From the human T2T-CHM13v2.0 reference genome, Homo sapiens: 64,000 nucleotides of DNA. Made by a program: the position numbers and the translations under genes. The notes under the pieces are model-generated. The model saw nothing but the letters and a program-made list of their open reading frames with translations, was not told the DNA's origin and ran no database searches. Below are positions 11,701 to 26,300 of the stretch, piece after piece (positions within the stretch are counted from its first letter, which is position 1; each line of letters opens with the position of its first letter). The DNA lies in NCBI RefSeq assembly GCF_009914755.1, contig NC_060944.1; one strand, given 5' to 3'.

Positions 11701-14700
11701 CGCTTTCAGGACGACGGTGAAAATGGAAATATCTTCCAATAAAATCTAGATAGAAGCAATGTCAGAAACTTTTCTGTGATGGATCTACTCAGCTAACAGA
11801 GTTGAACCTTTCTTTTGAGAGAGCAGTTTTGCAACACTCTTTTTGTGGAATATGCAAGTGGATATTAGGGCAGCTTTGAGGATTTCGTTGGAAACGGGAA
11901 TACATGTAAAAAGCAGACAGCAGCATTCTCAGAAACTTCTTTGTGATGTTTGCATTGAAGTCACAGAGTTGAACATTCCCTTTGAGAGAGCAGGTTTGAA
12001 ACACGCCTTTTGTCATATCTGGAAGTGTCCATTCGGAGCGCATTCAGGCTTGTGTTGAAAAAGGTAATATCCTCCCATAAAAGCTAGACAGAAGCATTCT
12101 CAGAAACTTATTTGTGATGTATGTACTCAACTAACCGAACTAAACCATCGTTTTGAAGGAGCAGTTTTGAAACACTCTTTTTGCGGAATCTGCAACTGGA
12201 TATTTGGCTAGCTGGGAGGATTTCGTTGGAAACGGGATTACATACAAAAAGCAGACAGCAGCATTCTCAGAAACTTCTTTGTGATGTTTGCATTCAAGTC
12301 ACAGAGTTGAACATTCCCTTTCATAGAGCAGGTTTGAAACACTCTTTTTGTAGTATCTGGATGTGGACATTTGGATCGCTTTCAGGCCTATGGTGAAAAA
12401 GGAAATATCTTCCCATGAAAACTAGACAGAAGCATTCTCAGAAACTTATTTGTGATGTGTGCCCTCAACTGACAGTGTTGAACCTTTGTTTTGATAGAGC
12501 AGTTCTGAAACACACTTTTTGTAAAATCTGAAAGAGGATATTTGGATAGCTTTGAGGATTTCGTTGGAAACGGGAATGTCTTCATGTAAACTCTAGACAG
12601 AAGCATTCTCAGAAACTGCTTTGGGATGTTTCAATTGAAGTCCCAGTGTTGAACATTCCCTTTCATAGAGCAGGTTTGAAACACTCTTTTTGTACTATCC
12701 GGAAGTGGACATTTGGAGCGCTTTCAGGTCTACGGTGAAAAAGGAGATATCTTCCAATAAAAACTAGATAGAAGCAATGTCAGAACTTTTTTCATGATGT
12801 ATCTACTCAGCAAACAGAGTTGAACCTTTCTTTTGAGAGAGCAGTTTTGAAACACTCTTTTTGTGGAATATGCAAGTGGGTATTAGGCCAGCTTGGAGGA
12901 TTTCGTTGGAAACGGGAATACGTATAAAAAGCAGACAGCAGCATTGTCAGAAACTACTTTGTGATGTTTGCATTCAAGTCACAGAATTGAACACTCCCTT
13001 TCACAGAGCAGGTTTGAAACACTCTTTTTGTAGTGTCTGTAAGTGAACATTTGGATTGCTTTCAGGCCTAAGGTGAAAAAGGAAATATCTTCCCATAAAA
13101 ACTAGACAGAAACATTCTCAGAAACTTGTTTGTGATGTGTGACCTCTACTGACAGAGTTGAACCTTTCTTTGCAAAGAGCAGTTTTGAAACACTCTTTTT
13201 GTAGAATCTGCAAGAGGATATTTGGATAGCTTTGAGGATTTCTTGGGAAACGGGAATGTCTTCAGATAAACTCTAGACAGAAGCATTCTCAGAAACTTCT
13301 TTGGGATGTTTCAATTGAAGTCACAGTGTTGAACATTCCCTTTCACAGAGCAGGTTTGAAACACTCTTTTTGTAGTGTCTATAAGTGAACATTTGGCGTG
13401 CTTTCAGGCCTAACGTGAAAAAGGAAATATCTTCCCATAAAAACTAGACAGAAGCATTCTCAGAAACTTGTTCGTGATGTGTGCCCTCTACTGACAGAGT
13501 TGAACCTTTCTTTGCAAAGAGCAGCTTTGAAACACTCTTTTTGTAGAATCTGCAAGAGGATATTTGGATAGCTTTGAGGATTTCGTTGGAAAAGGGTATG
13601 TCTTCAGATAAACTCTAGACAGAAGCATTCTCAGAAACTTCTTTGGGATGTTGCATTCAAGTCACAGAGTAGAACATTCCCATTCATAGAGCAGATTTGA
13701 AACACTCTTTTTGTAGTATCTGGAAGTGGACATTTGGAGCGCTTTCAGGCCTATGTTGAAAAAGGAAATATCTTCCCATAAAAACTAGACGGAAGCATTC
13801 TCAGAAACTTACTTGTGATGTGTTTGCTCAACTAACAGAATTGAACCATCGTTTTGAAGGAGCAGTTTTGAAACACTGTTTTCGTGGAATCTGCAAGTGG
13901 ATATTTGGCTAGCTTTGAGGATTTCGTTGGAAACGGGATTACATATAAAAAGGAGACAGCAGCATTCTCAGAAACTTCTTTGTGATGTCTGCATTCAAGT
14001 CACAGAGTTGAGCATTCCCTTTCATAGAGCAGGTTGGAAACACTCTTTTTGTAGTATCTGGATGAGGACATTTGGAGCGCTTTCAGGCGTATGGTGAAAA
14101 AGGAAATATCTTCCCGTAAAAACTAGACAGAAGCATTCTCAGAAATTTATTTGTGATGTGTGCCCTCAACTAACAGAGTTGAACCTTTCTTTTGATAGAG
14201 CAGTTTTGAAACACTCTTTTTGTAAAATCTGCAAGAGGATATTTGGATAGATTTGAGGATTTCGTTGCAAACGGGAATGGCTTCATATAAACTCTAGACA
14301 GAAGCATTCTCAGAAACTTCGTTGGGATGTTTCGATTGAAGTCCCAGTGTTGAACATTCCCTTTTATAGAGCAGGTTGGAAACACTCTTTCTGCATTCCC
14401 TGGAAGTGGACATTTGGAGCGCTTTCAGGACGACGGTGAAAATGGAAATATCTTCCAATAAATCTAGATAGAAGCAACGTCAGAAACTTTTATGTGATGG
14501 ATCTACTCAGCTAACAGAGTTGAACCTTTCTTTTGAGAGAGCAGTTTTGCAACACTCTTTTTGTGGAATATGCAAGTGGATATTAGGGCAGCTTTGAGGA
14601 TTTCGTTGGAAACGGGAATACATGTAAAAAGCAGACAGCAGCATTCTCAGAAACTTCTTTGTGATGTTTGCATTGAAGTCACAGAGTTGAACATTCCCTT

Positions 14701-17700
14701 TGAGAGAGCAGGTTTGAAACACGCCTTTTGTCATATCTGGAAGTGTCCATTCGGAGCGCATTCAGGCTTGTGTTGAAAAAGGAAATATCCTCCCATAAAA
14801 ACTAGACAGAAGCATTCTCAGAAACTTATCTGTGATGTATGTACTCAACTAACAGAACTAAACCATCGTTTTGAAGGAGCAGTTTTGAAACACTCTTTTT
14901 GCGGAATCTGCAAGTGGATATTTGGCTAGCTGGGAGGATTTCGTTGGAAACGGGATTACATACAAAAAGCAGACAGCAGCATTCTCAGAAACTTCTTTGT
15001 GATGTTTGCATTCAAGTCACAGAGTTGAACATTCCCTTTCATAGAGCAGGTTTGAAACACTCTTTTTGTAGTATCTGGATGTGGACATTTGGATCGCTTT
15101 CAGGCCTATGGTGAAAAAGGAAATATCTTCCCATGAAAACTAGACAGAAGCATTCTCAGAAACTTATTTGTGATGTGTGCCCTCAACTGACAGTGTTGAA
15201 CCTTTGTTTTGATAGAGCAGTTCTGAAACACACTTTTTGTAAAATCTGAAAGAGGATATTTGGATAGCTTTGAGGATTTCGTTGGAAACGGGAATGTCTT
15301 CATGTAAACTCTAGACAGAAGCATTCTCAGAAACTGCTTTGGGATGTTTCAATTGAAGTCCCAGTGTTGAACATTCCCTTTCATAGAGCAGGTTTGAAAC
15401 ACTCTTTTTGTACTATCCGGAAGTGGACATTTGGAGCGCTTTCAGGTCTACGGTGAAAAAGGAGATATCTTCCAATAAAAACTAGATAGAAGCAATGTCA
15501 GAACTTTTTTCATGATGTATCTACTCAGCAAACAGAGTTGAACCTTTCTTTTGAGAGAGCAGTTTTGAAACACTCTTTTTGTGGAATATGCAAGTGGGTA
15601 TTAGGCCAGCTTGGAGGATTTCGTTGGAAACGGGAATACGTATAAAAAGCAGACAGCAGCATTGTCAGAAACTACTTTGTGATGTTTGCATTCAAGTCAC
15701 AGAATTGAACACTCCCTTTCACAGAGCAGGTTTGAAACACTCTTTTTGTAGTGTCTGTAAGTGAACATTTGGATTGCTTTCAGGCCTAAGGTGAAAAAGG
15801 AAATATCTTCCCATAAAAACTAGACAGAAGCATTCTCAGAAACTTGTTTGTGATGTGTGTCCTCTACTGACAGAGTTGAACCTTTCTTTGCAAAGAGCAG
15901 TTTTGAAACACTCTTTTTGTAGAATCTGCAAGAGGATATTTGGATAGCTTTGAGGATTTCTTGGGAAACGGGAATGTCTTCAGATAAACTCTAGACAGAA
16001 GCATTCTCAGAAACTTCTTTGGGATGTTTCAATTGAAGTCACAGTGTTGAACATTCCCTTTCACAGAGCAGGTTTGAAACACTCTTTTTGTAGTGTCTAT
16101 AAGTGAACATTTGGCGTGCTTTCAGGCCTAACGTGAAAAAGGAAATATCTTCCCATAAAAACTAGACAGAAGCATTCTCAGAAACTTGTTCGTGATGTGT
16201 GCCCTCTACTGACAGAGTTGAACCTTTCTTTGCAAAGAGCAGCTTTGAAACACTCTTTTTGTAGAATCTGCAAGAGGATATTTGGATAGCTTGGAGGATT
16301 TCGTTGGAAACGGGTATGTCTTCAGATAAACTCTAGACAGAAGCATTCTCAGAAACTTCTTTGGGATGTTGCATTCAAGTCACAGAGTAGAACATTCCCA
16401 TTCATAGAGCAGATTTGAAACACTCTTTTTGTAGTATCTGGAAGTGGACATTTGGAGCGCTTTCAGGCCTATGTTGAAAAAGGAAATATCTTCCCATAAA
16501 AACTAGACGGAAGCATTCTCAGAAACTTACTTGTGATGTGTTTGCTCAACTAACAGAATTGAACCATCGTTTTGAAGGAGCAGTTTTGAAACACTGTTTT
16601 CGTGGAATCTGCAAGTGGATATTTGGCTAGCTTTGAGGATTTCGTTGGAAACGGGATTACATATAAAAAGGAGACAGCAGCATTCTCAGAAACTTCTTTG
16701 TGATGTCTGCATTCAATTCACAGAGTTGAGCATTCCCTTTCATAGAGCAGGTTGGAAACACTCTTTTTGTAGTATCTGGATGAGGACATTTGGAGCGCTT
16801 TCAGGCCTATGGTGAAAAAGGAAATATCTTCCCGTAAAAACTAGACAGAAGCATTCTCAGAAATTTATTTGTGATGTGTGCCCTCAACTAACAGAGTTGA
16901 ACCTTTCTTTTGATAGAGCAGTTTTGAAACACTCTTTTTGTAAAATCTGCAAGAGGATATTTGGATAGCTTTGAGGATTTCATTGCAAACGGGAATGGCT
17001 TCATATAAACTCTAGACAGAAGCATTCTCAGAAACTTCGTTGGGATGTTTCGATTGAAGTCCCAGTGTTGAACATTCCCTTTTATAGAGCAGGTTGGAAA
17101 CACTCTTTCTGCATTCCCTGGAAGTGGACATTTGGAGCGCTTTCAGGACGACGGTGAAAATGGAAATATCTTCCAATAAAATCTAGATAGAAGCAACGTC
17201 AGAAACTTTTATATGATGGATCTACTCAGCTAACAGAGTTGAACCTTTCTTTTGAGAGAGCAGTTTTGCAACACTCTTTTTGTGGAATATGCAAGTGGAT
17301 ATTAGGGCAGCTTTGAGGATTTCGTTGGAAACGGGAATACATGTAAAAAGCAGACAGCAGCATTCTCAGAAACTTCTTTGTGATGTTTGCATTGAAGTCA
17401 CAGAGTTGAACATTCCCTTTGAGAGAGCAGGTTTGAAACACGCCTTTTGTCATATCTGGAAGTGTCCATTCGGAGCGCATTCAGGCTTGTGTTGAAAAAG
17501 GAAATATCCTCCCAGAAAAACTAGACAGAAGCATTCTCAGAAACTTATCTGTGATGTATGTACTCAACTAACAGAACTAAACCATCGTTTTGAAGGAGCA
17601 GTTTTGAAACACTCTTTTTGCGGAATCTGCAAGTGGATATTTGGCTAGCTGGGAGGATTTCGTTGGAAACGGGATTACATACAAAAAGAAGACAGCAGCA

Positions 17701-20336
17701 TTCTCAGAAACTTCTTTGTGATGTTTGAATTCAAGTCACAGAGTTGAACACTCCCTTTCATAGAGCAGGTTTGAAACACTCTTTTTGTAGTATCTGGATG
17801 TGGACATTTGGATCGCTTTCAGGCCTATGGTGAAAAAGGAAATATCTTCCCATGAAAACTAGACAGAAGCATTCTCAGAAACTTATTTGTGATGTGTGCC
17901 CTCAACTGACAGTGTTGAACCTTTGTTTTGATAGAGCAGTTCTGAAACACACTTTTTGTAAAATCTGCAAGAGGATATTTGGATAGCTTTGAGGATTTCG
18001 TTGGAAACGGGAATGTCTTCATGTAAACTCTAGACAGAAGCATTCTCAGAAATTGCTTTGGGATGTTTCAATTGAAGTCCCAGTGTTGAACATTCCCTTT
18101 CATAGAGCAGGTTTGAAACACTCTTTTTGTACTATCTGGAAGTGGACATTTGGAGCGCTTTCAGGTCTACGGTGAAAAAGGAGATATCTTCCAATAAAAA
18201 CTAGATAGAAGCAATGTCAGAACTTTTTTCATGATGTATCTACTCAGCAAACAGAGTTGAACCTTTCTTTTGAGAGAGCAGTTTTGAAACACTCTTTTTG
18301 TGGAATATGCAAGTGGGTATTAGGCCAGCTTGGAGGATTTCGTTGGAAACGGGAATACGTATAAAAAGCAGACAGCAGCATTGTCAGAAACTACTTTGTG
18401 ATGTTTGCATTCAAGTCACAGAATTGAACACTCCCTTTCACAGAGCAGGTTTGAAACACTCTTTTTGTAGTGTCTGTAAGTGAACATTTGGATTGCTTTC
18501 AGGCCTAAGGTGAAAAAGGAAATATCTTCCCATAAAAACTAGACAGAAGCATTCTCAGAAACTTGTTTGTGATGTGTGTCCTCTACTGACAGAGTTGAAA
18601 CTTTCTTTGCAAAGAGCAGTTTTGAAACACTCTTTTTGTAGAATCTGCAAGAGGATATTTGGATAGCTTTGAGGATTTCTTGGGAAACGGGAATGTCTTC
18701 AGATAAACTCTAGACAGAAGCATTCTCAGAAACTTCTTTGGGATGTTTCAATTGAAGTCACAGTGTTGAACATTCCCTTTCACAGAGCAGGTTTGAAACA
18801 CTCTTTTTGTAGTGTCTATAAGTGAACATTTGGCGTGCTTTCAGGCCTAACGTGAAAAAGGAAATATCTTCCCATAAAAACTAGACAGAAGCATTCTCAG
18901 AAACTTGTTCTTGATGTGTCCCCTCTACTGACAGAGTTGAACCTTTCTTTGCAAAGAGCAGCTTTGAAACACTCTTTTTGTAGAATCTGCAAGAGGATAT
19001 TTGGATAGCTTGGAGGATTTCGTTGGAAACGGGTATGTCTTCAGATAAACTCTAGACAGAAGCATTCTCAGAAACTTCTTTGGGATGTTGCATTCAAGTC
19101 ACAGAGTAGAACATTCCCATTCATAGAGCAGATTTGAAACACTCTTTTTGTAGTATCTGGAAGTGGACATTTGGAGCGCTTTCAGGCCTATGTTGAAAAA
19201 GGAAATATCTTCCCATAAAAACTAGACGGAAGCATTCTCAGAAACTTATTTGTGATGTGTTTGCTCAACTAACAGGATTGAACCATCGTTTTGAAGGAGC
19301 AGTTTTGAAACACTGTTTTCGTGGAATCTGCAAGTGGATATTTGGCTAGCTTTGAGGATTTCGTTGGAAACGGGATTACATATAAAAAGGAGACAGCAGC
19401 ATTCTCAGAAACTTCTTTGTGATGTCTGCATTCAAGTCACAGATTTGAGCATTCCCTTTCATAGAGCAGGTTGGAAACACTCTTTTTGTAGTATCTGGAT
19501 GAGGACATTTGGAGCGCTTTCAGGCGTATGGTGAAAAAGGAAATATCTTCCCGTAAAAACTAGACAGAAGCATTCTCAGAAATTTATTTGTGATGTGTGC
19601 CCTCAACTAACAGAGTTGAACCTTTCTTTTGATAGAGCAGTTTTGAAACACTCTTTTTGTAAAATCTGCAAGAGGATATTTGGATAGCTTTGAGGATTTC
19701 GTTGCAAACGGGAATGGCTTCATATAAACTCTAGACAGAAGCATTCTCAGAAACTTCGTTGGGATGTTTCGATTGAAGTCCCAGTGTTGAACATTCCCTT
19801 TTATAGAGCAGGTTGGAAACACTCTTTCTGCATTCCCTGGAAGTGGACATTTGGAGCGCTTTCATGACGACGGTGAAAATGGAAATATCTTCCAATAAAA
19901 TCTAGATAGAAGCAATGTCAGAAACTTTTATGTGATGGATCTACTCAGCTAACAGAGTTGAACCTTTCTTTTGAGAGAGCAGTTTTGCAACACTCTTTTT
20001 GTGGAATATGCAAGTGGATATTAGGGCAGCTTTGAGGATTTCGTTGGAAACGGGAATACATGTAAAAAGCAGACAGCAGCATTCTCAGAAACTTCTTTGT
20101 GATGTTTGCATTGAAGTCACAGAGTTGAACATTCCCTTTGAGAGAGCAGGTTTGAAACACGCCTTTTGTCATATCTGGAAGTGTCCATTCGGAGCGCATT
20201 CAGGCTTGTGTTGAAAAAGGAAATATCCTCCCATAAAAACTAGACAGAAGCATTCTCAGAAACTTATCTGTGATGTATGTACTCAACTAACAGAACTAAA
20301 CCATCGTTTTGAAGGAGCAGTTTTGAAACACTCTTT

Positions 20337-23300
20337 ATGCGGAATCTGCAAGTGGATATTTGGCTAGCTGGGAGGATTTCGTTGGAAACGGGATTACATA
20401 CAAAAAGCAGACAGCAGCATTCTCAGAAACTTCTTTGTGATGTTTGCATTCAAGTCACAGAGTTGAACATTCCCTTTCATAGAGCAGGTTTGAAACACTC
20501 TTTTTGTAGTATCTGGATGTGGACATTTGGATCGCTTTCAGGCCTATGGTGAAAAAGGAAATATCTTCCCATGAAAACTAGACAAAAGCATTCTCAGAAA
20601 CTTATTTGTGATGTGTGCCCTCAACTGACAGTGTTGAACCTTTGTTTTGATAGAGCAGTTCTGAAACACACTTTTTGTAAAATCTGCAAGAGGATATTTG
20701 GATAGCTTTGAGGATTTCGTTGGAAACGGGAATGTCTTCATGTAAACTCTAGACAGAAGCATTCTCAGAAATTGCTTTGGGATGTTTCAATTGAAGTCCC
20801 AGTGTTGAACATTCCCTTTCATAGAGCAGGTTTGAAACACTCTTTTTGTACTATCTGGAAGTGGACATTTGGAGCGCTTTCAGGTCTACGGTGAAAAAGG
20901 AGATATCTTCCAATAAAAACTAGATAGAAGCAATGTCAGAACTTTTTTCATGATGTATCTACTCAGCAAACAGAGTTGAACCTTTCTTTTGAGAGAGCAG
21001 TTTTGAAACACTCTTTTTGTGGAATATGCAAGTGGGTATTAGGCCAGCTTGGAGGATTTCGTTGGAAACGGGAATACGTATAAAAAGCAGACAGCAGCAT
21101 TGTCAGAAACTACTTTGTGATGTTTGCATTCAAGTCACAGAATTGAACACTCCCTTTCACAGAGCAGGTTTGAAACACTCTTTTTGTAGTGTCTGTAAGT
21201 GAACATTTGGATTGCTTTCAGGCCTAAGGTGAAAAAGGAAATATCTTCCCATAAAAACTAGACAGAAGCATTCTCAGAAACTTGTTTGTGATGTGTGTCC
21301 TCTACTGACAGAGTTGAACCTTTCTTTGCAAAGAGCAGTTTTGAAACACTCTTTTTGTAGAATCTGCAAGAGGATATTTGGATAGCTTTGAGGATTTCTT
21401 GGGAAACGGGAATGTCTTCAGATAAACTCTAGACAGAAGCATTCTCAGAAACTTCTTTGGGATGTTTCAATTGAAGTCACAGTGTTGAACATTCCCTTTC
21501 ACAGAGCAGGTTTGAAACACTCTTTTTGTAGTGTCTATAAGTGAACATTTGGCGTGCTTTCAGGCCTAACGTGAAAAAGGAAATATCTTCCCATAAAAAC
21601 TAGACAGAAGCATTCTCAGAAACTTGTTCGTGATGTGTGCCCTCTACTGACAGAGTTGAACCTTTCTTTGCAAAGAGCAGCTTTGAAACACTCTTTTTGT
21701 AGAATCTGCAAGAGGATATTTGGATAGCTTGGAGGATTTCGTTGGAAACGGGTATGTCTTCAGATAAACTCTAGACAGAAGCATTCTCAGAAACTTCTTT
21801 GGGATGTTGCATTCAAGTCACAGAGTAGAACATTCCCATTCATAGAGCAGATTTGAAACACTCTTTTTGTAGTATCTGGAAGTGGACATTTGGAGCGCTT
21901 TCAGGCCTATGTTGAAAAAGGAAATATCTTCCCATAAAAACTAGACGGAAGCATTCTCAGAAACTTACTTGTGATGTGTTTGCTCAACTAACAGAATTGA
22001 ACCATCGTTTTGAAGGAGCAGTTTTGAAACACTGTTTTCGTGGAATCTGCAAGTGGATATTTGGCTAGCTTTGAGGATTTCGTTGGAAACGGGATTACAT
22101 ATAAAAAGGAGACAGCAGCATTCTCAGAAACTTCTTTGTGATGTCTGCATTCAATTCACAGAGTTGAGCATTCCCTTTCATAGAGCAGGTTGGAAACACT
22201 CTTTTTGTAGTATCTGGATGAGGACATTTGGAGCGCTTTCAGGCCTATGGTGAAAAAGGAAATATCTTCCCGTAAAAACTAGACAGAAGCATTCTCAGAA
22301 ATTTATTTGTGATGTGTGCCCTCAACTAACAGAGTTGAACCTTTCTTTTGATAGAGCAGTTTTGAAACACTCTTTTTGTAAAATCTGCAAGAGGATATTT
22401 GGATAGCTTTGAGGATTTCATTGCAAACGGGAATGGTTTCATATAAACTCTAGACAGAAGCATTCTCAGAAACTTCGTTGGGATGTTTCGATTGAAGTCC
22501 CAGTGTTGAACATTCCCTTTTATAGAGCAGGTTGGAAACACTCTTTCTGCATTCCCTGGAAGTGGACATTTGGAGCGCTTTCAGGACGACGGTGAAAATG
22601 GAAATATCTTCCAATAAAATCTAGATAGAAGCAACGTCAGAAACTTTTATATGATGGATCTACTCAGCTAACAGAGTTGAACCTTTCTTTTGAGAGAGCA
22701 GTTTTGCAACACTCTTTTTGTGGAATATGCAAGTGGATATTAGGGCAGCTTTGAGGATTTCGTTGGAAACGGGAATACATGTAAAAAGCAGACAGCAGCA
22801 TTCTCAGAAACTTCTTTGTGATGTTTGCATTGAAGTCACAGAGTTGAACATTCCCTTTGAGAGAGCAGGTTTGAAACACGCCTTTTGTCATATCTGGAAG
22901 TGTCCATTCGGAGCGCATTCAGGCTTGTGTTGAAAAAGGAAATATCCTCCCAGAAAAACTAGACAGAAGCATTCTCAGAAACTTATCTGTGATGTATGTA
23001 CTCAACTAACAGAACTAAACCATCGTTTTGAAGGAGCAGTTTTGAAACACTCTTTTTGCGGAATCTGCAAGTGGATATTTGGCTAGCTGGGAGGATTTCG
23101 TTGGAAACGGGATTACATACAAAAAGCAGACAGCAGCATTCTCAGAAACTTCTTTGTGATGTTTGAATTCAAGTCACAGAGTTGAACACTCCCTTTCATA
23201 GAGCAGGTTTGAAACACTCTTTTTGTAGTATCTGGATGTGGACATTTGGATCGCTTTCAGGCCTATGGTGAAAAAGGAAATATCTTCCCATGAAAACTAG

Positions 23301-26300
23301 ACAGAAGCATTCTCAGAAACTTATTTGTGATGTGTGCCCTCAACTGACAGTGTTGAACCTTTGTTTTGATAGAGCAGTTCTGAAACACACTTTTTGTAAA
23401 ATCTGCAAGAGGATATTTGGATAGCTTTGAGGATTTCGTTGGAAACGGGAATGTCTTCATGTAAACTCTAGACAGAAGCATTCTCAGAAACTGCTTTGGG
23501 ATGTTTCAATTGAAGTCCCAGTGTTGAACATTCCCTTTCATAGAGCAGGTTTGAAACACTCTTTTTGTACTATCTGGAAGTGGACATTTGGAGCGCTTTC
23601 AGGTCTACGGTGAAAAAGGAGATATCTTCCAATAAAAACTAGATAGAAGCAATGTCAGAACTTTTTTCATGATGTATCTACTCAGCAAACAGAGTTGAAC
23701 CTTTCTTTTGAGAGAGCAGTTTTGAAACACTCTTTTTGTGGAATATGCAAGTGGGTATTAGGCCAGCTTGGAGGATTTCGTTGGAAACGGGAATACGTAT
23801 AAAAAGCAGACAGCAGCATTGTCAGAAACTACTTTGTGATGTTTGCATTCAAGTCACAGAATTGAACACTCCCTTTCACAGAGCAGGTTTGAAACACTCT
23901 TTTTGTAGTGTCTGTAAGTGAACATTTGGATTGCTTTCAGGCCTAAGGTGAAAAAGGAAATATCTTCCCATAAAAACTAGACAGAAGCATTCTCAGAAAC
24001 TTGTTTGTGATGTGTGTCCTCTACTGACAGAGTTGAACCTTTCTTTGCAAAGAGCAGTTTTGAAACACTCTTTTTGTAGAATCTGCAAGAGGATATTTGG
24101 ATAGCTTTGAGGATTTCTTGGGAAACGGGAATGTCTTCAGATAAACTCTAGACAGAAGCATTCTCAGAAACTTCTTTGGGATGTTTCAATTGAAGTCACA
24201 GTGTTGAACATTCCCTTTCACAGAGCAGGTTTGAAACACTCTTTTTGTAGTGTCTATAAGTGAACATTTGGCGTGCTTTCAGGCCTAACGTGAAAAAGGA
24301 AATATCTTCCCATAAAAACTAGACAGAAGCATTCTCAGAAACTTGTTCATGATGTGTGCCCTCTACTGACAGAGTTGAAACTTTCTTTGCAAAGAGCAGC
24401 TTTGAAACACTCTTTTTGTAGAATCTGCAAGAGGATATTTGGATAGCTTGGAGGATTTCGTTGGAAACGGGTATGTCTTCAGATAAACTCTAGACAGAAG
24501 CATTCTCAGAAACTTCTTTGGGATGTTGCATTCAAGTCACAGAGTAGAACATTCCCATTCATAGAGCAGATTTGAAACACTCTTTTTGTAGTATCTGGAA
24601 GTGGACATTTGGAGCGCTTTCAGGCCTATGTTGAAAAAGGAAATATCTTCCCATAAAAACTAGACGGAAGCATTCTCAGAAACTTACTTGTGATGTGTTT
24701 GCTCAACTAACAGAATTGAACCATCGTTTTGAAGGAGCAGTTTTGAAACACTGTTTTCGTGGAATCTGCAAGTGGATATTTGGCTAGCTTTGAGGATTTC
24801 GTTGGAAACGGGATTACATATAAAAAGGAGACAGCAGCATTCTCAGAAACTTCTTTGTGATGTCTGCATTCAATTCACAGAGTTGAGCATTCCCTTTCAT
24901 AGAGCAGGTTGGAAACACTCTTTTTGTAGTATCTGGATGAGGACATTTGGAGCGCTTTCAGGCCTATGGTGAAAAAGGAAATATCTTCCCGTAAAAACTA
25001 GACAGAAGCATTCTCAGAAATTTATTTGTGATGTGTGCCCTCAACTAACAGAGTTGAACCTTTCTTTTGATAGAGCAGTTTTGAAACACTCTTTTTGTAA
25101 AATCTGCAAGAGGATATTTGGATAGCTTTGAGGATTTCATTGCAAACGGGAATGGCTTCATATAAACTCTAGACAGAAGCATTCTCAGAAACTTCGTTGG
25201 GATGTTTCGATTGAAGTCCCAGTGTTGAACATTCCCTTTTATAGAGCAGGTTGGAAACACTCTTTCTGCATTCCCTGGAAGTGGACATTTGGAGCGCTTT
25301 CAGGACGACGGTGAAAATGGAAATATCTTCCAATAAAATCTAGATAGAAGCAACGTCAGAAACTTTTATATGATGGATCTACTCAGCTAACAGAGTTGAA
25401 CCTTTCTTTTGAGAGAGCAGTTTTGCAACACTCTTTTTGTGGAATATGCAAGTGGATATTAGGGCAGCTTTGAGGATTTCGTTGGAAACGGGAATACATG
25501 TAAAAAGCAGACAGCAGCATTCTCAGAAACTTCTTTGTGATGTTTGCATTGAAGTCACAGAGTTGAACATTCCCTTTGAGAGAGCAGGTTTGAAACACGC
25601 CTTTTGTCATATCTGGAAGTGTCCATTCGGAGCGCATTCAGGCTTGTGTTGAAAAAGGAAATATCCTCCCAGAAAAACTAGACAGAAGCATTCTCAGAAA
25701 CTTATCTGTGATGTATGTACTCAACTAACAGAACTAAACCATCGTTTTGAAGGAGCAGTTTTGAAACACTTTTTTTGCGGAATCTGCAAGTGGATATTTG
25801 GCTAGCTGGGAGGATTTCGTTGGAAACGGGATTACATACAAAAAGCAGACAGCAGCATTCTCAGAAACTTCTTTGTGATGTTTGAATTCAAGTCACAGAG
25901 TTGAACACTCCCTTTCATAGAGCAGGTTTGAAACACTCTTTTTGTAGTATCTGGATGTGGACATTTGGATCGCTTTCAGGCCTATGGTGAAAAAGGAAAT
26001 ATCTTCCCATGAAAACTAGACAGAAGCATTCTCAGAAACTTATTTGTGATGTGTGCCCTCAACTGACAGTGTTGAACCTTTGTTTTGATAGAGCAGTTCT
26101 GAAACACACTTTTTGTAAAATCTGCAAGAGGATATTTGGATAGCTTTGAGGATTTCGTTGGAAACGGGAATGTCTTCATGTAAACTCTAGACAGAAGCAT
26201 TCTCAGAAACTGCTTTGGGATGTTTCAATTGAAGTCCCAGTGTTGAACATTCCCTTTCATAGAGCAGGTTTGAAACACTCTTTTTGTACTATCTGGAAGT

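Noticed and set aside
14455-14465. 1-bp deletion in an A-run (CCAATAAATCTAG)
   Set aside because: It is a single homopolymer contraction, either trivial slippage or a sequencing error; noted only to explain the 2718-bp period.
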